In this document: piece by piece, positions 60,182 to 64,000 of the stretch | Position numbering within the stretch: the first letter of the stretch is position 1 | How the letters are laid out: the number at the start of each line of letters is the position of its first letter | Translations under genes and position numbers: made by a program | The notes under the pieces: generated by a model | Told to the model about the DNA's origin: nothing | The model's database searches: none | Seen by the model: the letters and a program-made list of their open reading frames with translations, nothing else | Source: Rickettsiales bacterium | GTDB lineage: Bacteria > Pseudomonadota > Alphaproteobacteria > Rickettsiales > UBA8987 | Assembly: GCA_020630095.1 (NCBI GenBank) | Contig: JAHDCD010000001.1 | Span: forward strand, 133,698 to 197,697 | DNA: 64,000 nt | Reading direction: 5' to 3'

Positions 60182-61233
60182 TTAATAATTTAGCTAAAAA
60201 TATACTTCATAAACTTGAACCGGAGAAGGCTCATAATACATCTATTTGGGCGCTGAGGAATGATTTATATATTAAGCCTAAGGCCCAAGAATTTGCTAAT
60301 TTAGAAACGCAAGTTTTTGGAATTAACTTTAAGAACCCTGTAGGGTTTGCCGCGGGGTATGATAAGAACGCGGAAGTTATAAAATCTATCCATAATTTTG
60401 GCTTTGGCTTTACTGAGGTTGGTACATGTACGCCGTTGGCACAGGCTGGTAATGCGAAGCCGCGTATATTTAGATTAACTGAAGATAGAGCGATTATTAA
60501 TCGCTTAGGGTTTAACAATAAAGGTGCAGATTACTTTATTAAACAATTAGTTAACCGCGCAGATACTGGCATAGTTGGCGCTAATATTGGTAAAAATAAA
60601 GATACTGAAGACCCGTTTGCTGATTATGATATTATGCTTAAGAAGGTGTGGGGTTTATCTGATTATATTACGATTAATATATCTTCTCCGAATACGCCGA
60701 ACTTGCGCGATATTCAAAAAAAGGAGTATATTGAAGAGTTTTTAGGCAATATAAAAGCAGCGCGTAAGAAGTTGCAGGATAAAACAGGCGAGAACTACCC
60801 TATTCTATTAAAGGTTGCACCAGATGTTGAGGAAAAAGAAATTAAAAATATCGCAAACGCATCAATTAAGGCGGAGTTAGACGGTTTGATTATATCTAAT
60901 ACTACAATTTCGCGCGATAATATTACTATGGATATTGATGAGCAGGGTGGGCTTTCAGGTGCGCCTTTACTGGATAAATCTACAGAGGTTCTAAAGGAGT
61001 TTTATAAAATTACTCGTGGCTCTAATGTTAAACTTATTGGTGTTGGAGGGGTGGACTCGGCGCAAAATGCTTATGCTAAGATAAAAGCAGGAGCTAGTTT
61101 GGTGCAGGTTTACACGGGCTTTATTTATAAAGGCGTTAATATTGCTAATGAGATTAAAGTGGGTTTATCTGAATTGGTAGAGAAAGATGGCTTTAGGAGT
61201 GTTGAAAATGCCGTGGGTGTGGATTTAGATTAA
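60178..61233 (+). CDS. pyrD: Dihydroorotate dehydrogenase (quinone)
   Basis: NPVGFAAGYDKNAEVI; ITINISSPNTPNLRDIQ; LIGVGGVDSAQNAYAKIKAGASLVQVYTG. Confidence 0.96.
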   Translation: MINNLAKNILHKLEPEKAHNTSIWALRNDLYIKPKAQEFANLETQVFGINFKNPVGFAAGYDKNAEVIKSIHNFGFGFTEVGTCTPLAQAGNAKPRIFRLTEDRAIINRLGFNNKGADYFIKQLVNRADTGIVGANIGKNKDTEDPFADYDIMLKKVWGLSDYITINISSPNTPNLRDIQKKEYIEEFLGNIKAARKKLQDKTGENYPILLKVAPDVEEKEIKNIANASIKAELDGLIISNTTISRDNITMDIDEQGGLSGAPLLDKSTEVLKEFYKITRGSNVKLIGVGGVDSAQNAYAKIKAGASLVQVYTGFIYKGVNIANEIKVGLSELVEKDGFRSVENAVGVDLD

Positions 61234-61271
61234 AATTGACTTAAGTCTATATTCTTCAATTATCTTAATCA

Positions 61272-63248
61272 ATGCATGTAGCTGAAAATATTAACATTCT
61301 ATATGGTCTTATTTTGGGGCTGATGCTACTTTGCGTATTCTTAATTCTTTCTAAAAGGAAATTAAAGAAATCTTCTAATCAAATATCGACTGATAAAAAT
61401 GATCTTAATGAAAAGGTTAGCTTGTTAAGCCAAGAGTCTGAATTAAAAGGATCTTTGATAGATATATTTGACAATATATCTAAGCCGATATGGGTATTTT
61501 CTGCTAATGGAAATATTATCTATTGTAACTCAGCCTATGCAGATTTGGTGGAAGAGGATGAGGAAGAGATTTTTGCAAAGAAGATTAACTTATGTAATGA
61601 GTATAAGGTTGAGGATAAGCCCGTTAGAACTCATATTATTTCACATGGTAAGCGTAACTTTTATGAGCTTACAAAGAGTAAGAAAGGGGAGTTTTTTATC
61701 GGTATTGCTCAAGATGTTACGGAAGTTGAGCGTGAGTTAGCTAATTTAAAATATAATATGGCAGTGCAGAATGACCTGCTAGATAGCTCCGCAAGTGGAA
61801 TTGCAATATATGATTCAAATCAGAATTTAACTTATAATAATAGTTCATTTACTAAGCTATTTTCGCTGGATGATAGTTTTTTAAATAGAAATCCAGCATT
61901 CGGCGAGGTTTTGGAGAATCTGCGTACGAAGTCTATGTTACCAGAGCAAGCGAATTTTGGGCAGTTTAAGCAAGAAGCGCTTGAGATGTTTGAAAATCTA
62001 ATTGGTAAGCATGAGGAGTTTTATTACCTACCGGATGGGCGCGTATTGCGTATTATTGTATTGCCACATCAGAGTGGTGGCTTGTTATTCTCTTATGAGG
62101 ATATGACCAACCAGATAACGCTGGAGCAGTCTTATAATACGTTACTTTCGGTACAGAAATCTACGATTGATAATTTGGCGGAGGGTGTTGCGGTGATTGG
62201 CGAAGATGGGCGCTTACAATTCGCTAACCCTACTTTCCGTAAAATGTGGGGGTTTGAGCGTGAATTTTTAGATTCTAAACCGCATGTTAACGAGGTTTCA
62301 GAGCAGGCGCGTGATAAGTTTAAGAGTGATAAGGATTATATTATTTCTAATAATATAATCATGAAATCCATCTCGGAACATACACCTGCTACAGGTAGCG
62401 TTAGGCTGGCGGATGGAAGTTTATATGAATGGGCGGCGATTCCTCTGCCGGATGGCGCGATATTGCTTACCTTTGTGGATTTAACGGATTCAGCGATGCT
62501 TGAGCAAGCGTTGCGTGCGGAGAAAAAAGCATTGGAAGATGTTCATAAAGTTAAGATTAATTTCCTTACCAACGTATCTAATGAATTGCGTTCTCCGTTG
62601 ACATCTATTAAAGGATTCTCGGAATTGTTGAAGGCGAATTACTTTGGTGATCTTAATGAAAAACAGGGTGAATATGTTGAGGATATTTATCAATCTTCAT
62701 TGCGTTTAGCATCTATGATTGATGATATTTTAGATGTTACTTATTTAGAGGCGGGTAGCTTGCTTTATGAAGAGTATGACTTTAGTGCGAGCAAGGTATT
62801 TGAGAAAGTATTTGCTAGAACTGAGGAACGTGCGGAAGAAAGTAAAATTAATTTAACGCGCAATAAGTTTACCGAAAATGTGGTGCTTAATGGTGATCAA
62901 AAACATTATAAACAGGCGTTAAATAGTTTCTTTGTTTATGCGTTAAAGCTTGTTCCACATAAGGGTAAAATGGATATTGGACAATCTATCGACGATGAGA
63001 AATATCATATATCGATAAAGTTAGATTATAGCCAAGGGGATTTGTCTAGACTTTCTGAGCTGAAACACTTCAATGATGAGGACTTTATGGGCTCTGACCT
63101 TAATTTAATCATTGCAAAGAAGTTCATAGAAATTCATAAAGGCGTATTGCAGGTTGATGAAGAAAAGGATGGTATGCTTGAATTAGGGCTTTCTTTTATA
63201 GTCAATGAGCATCAAAAGCTATTAGAGTTCGAAAAAGATCAAGGTTAG
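61272..63248 (+). CDS. PAS-containing DivL-like pseudo-histidine kinase
   Basis: N-terminal TM, PAS-like segments, dimerisation region FLTNVSNELRSPLTSIKGFSELLKANYFGDLNEKQGEYVEDI, degenerate ATPase-like tail. The track start is 61272. Confidence 0.85.
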   Translation: MHVAENINILYGLILGLMLLCVFLILSKRKLKKSSNQISTDKNDLNEKVSLLSQESELKGSLIDIFDNISKPIWVFSANGNIIYCNSAYADLVEEDEEEIFAKKINLCNEYKVEDKPVRTHIISHGKRNFYELTKSKKGEFFIGIAQDVTEVERELANLKYNMAVQNDLLDSSASGIAIYDSNQNLTYNNSSFTKLFSLDDSFLNRNPAFGEVLENLRTKSMLPEQANFGQFKQEALEMFENLIGKHEEFYYLPDGRVLRIIVLPHQSGGLLFSYEDMTNQITLEQSYNTLLSVQKSTIDNLAEGVAVIGEDGRLQFANPTFRKMWGFEREFLDSKPHVNEVSEQARDKFKSDKDYIISNNIIMKSISEHTPATGSVRLADGSLYEWAAIPLPDGAILLTFVDLTDSAMLEQALRAEKKALEDVHKVKINFLTNVSNELRSPLTSIKGFSELLKANYFGDLNEKQGEYVEDIYQSSLRLASMIDDILDVTYLEAGSLLYEEYDFSASKVFEKVFARTEERAEESKINLTRNKFTENVVLNGDQKHYKQALNSFFVYALKLVPHKGKMDIGQSIDDEKYHISIKLDYSQGDLSRLSELKHFNDEDFMGSDLNLIIAKKFIEIHKGVLQVDEEKDGMLELGLSFIVNEHQKLLEFEKDQG

Positions 63249-63250
63249 TA

Positions 63251-64000
63251 ATGAAGTTAGCAACGTATAATATTAATTCAGTTCGTTTAAGGATTGAAAG
63301 GGTTATTCATATTTTAGAAAAATTAGATTTAGATGTTCTGTGTTTGCAGGAAACTAAATGTGAAGATTCTGAGTTCCCTAAAGAAGCTTTCAAAAAAGCA
63401 GGTTATGAGCATTTAGCTATTCGTGGTGAAAAAGCTTATAATGGTGTTGCTATAGTTTCTAGGTTACCAATTAAAGAGAAAAAGGTTTTTAATTTTGTAA
63501 ACCATCATGCGCGCCATGTTTGCGCTAATATTGATGGTATAGATATCCATAATTTTTATGTTCCTGCTGGTGGGATGATTCCAGACAGATTTAGTAATGA
63601 GAAGTTTGAGCATAAACTAAATTATGTTGATGCGTGCGTTGATCATTTTTCTAATAAGAAAAATTCTAGCAATGCAATTATATTAGGTGACCTTAATATT
63701 GCGCCTTATGAGCATGATGTTTGGAGCTCTAAACAGTTGCGTGATGAGGTTTCACACACGGCTATTGAGCGTGAAAAGCTTGATAATTTCAAAAAAGCCG
63801 GAGGATTTGTGGATATCGCTCGTAAATTTATTGACGAGAATGAAAAAATATATTCATGGTGGAGTTATAGAAATCGTGATTGGCGTAAGTCTAACCGCGG
63901 AAGACGCTTGGATCATATCTGGACTTCTGCTAATATAGCTAATGATGTGAAGAGTTATAACGTATATAAAGATTTGCGTGATCCGCTATTTGGCGGTGAA
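63251..64000 (+). CDS. xthA: Exodeoxyribonuclease III (partial, runs off the right edge)
   Basis: MKLATYNINSVRLRIERVIHILEKLDLDVLCLQETKCED; ILGDLNIAPYEHDVW; RRLDHIW. Confidence 0.94.
   Translation, partial: MKLATYNINSVRLRIERVIHILEKLDLDVLCLQETKCEDSEFPKEAFKKAGYEHLAIRGEKAYNGVAIVSRLPIKEKKVFNFVNHHARHVCANIDGIDIHNFYVPAGGMIPDRFSNEKFEHKLNYVDACVDHFSNKKNSSNAIILGDLNIAPYEHDVWSSKQLRDEVSHTAIEREKLDNFKKAGGFVDIARKFIDENEKIYSWWSYRNRDWRKSNRGRRLDHIWTSANIANDVKSYNVYKDLRDPLFGGE

Overview
AT-rich, densely coded chromosomal segment, most likely from an alphaproteobacterium (TrcR/DUF1013 regulator, PleC/DivJ-like and DivL-like histidine kinases, alpha-type SerC). Most of it is housekeeping: truA (partial), rnpA, SurA/PpiC-like, rpmB, aspS, tldD, mgtE-like, ECF sigma plus putative membrane partner, PilB/GspE-like ATPase, fmt, uvrD, frr, pyrH, serC, groEL/groES, hisA, coaBC, metZ, mfd, trhO, prfB with programmed +1 frameshift, rmuC, ispE, msrA/msrB, folD, ppa, pepA, zapE, panC, pyrD and xthA (partial). 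I saw no CRISPR array, intact transposase or recognisable defence cassette. The unusual content is in the repeats. (1) All three tRNA genes in the window (CAT anticodon, Ser-TGA, Cys-GCA) have partial copies of their own tRNA end next to them, joined to AT-rich sequence and small GC hairpins: 2 x 81 bp with the 3' end, 2 x 95 bp with the 3' end, and two units with the 5' end. (2) Palindromic elements with GTCATT...AATGAC ends lie between genes and also in frame inside fmt and mfd, as Rickettsia palindromic elements do. (3) Multi-hairpin modules on both sides of a hypothetical gene share an architecture and a conserved TTTACTATCA junction while their stems differ compensatorily. (4) A diverged ~200 bp AT-rich intergenic element occurs twice. 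A truncated phage-type integrase lies just downstream of tRNA-Ser. Protein-level points of interest are a secreted ankyrin-subtilase autotransporter-like protein, a DivL-like pseudokinase with Asn at the phospho-His position, and large orphan proteins. Family names come from reading motifs, not from database searches.
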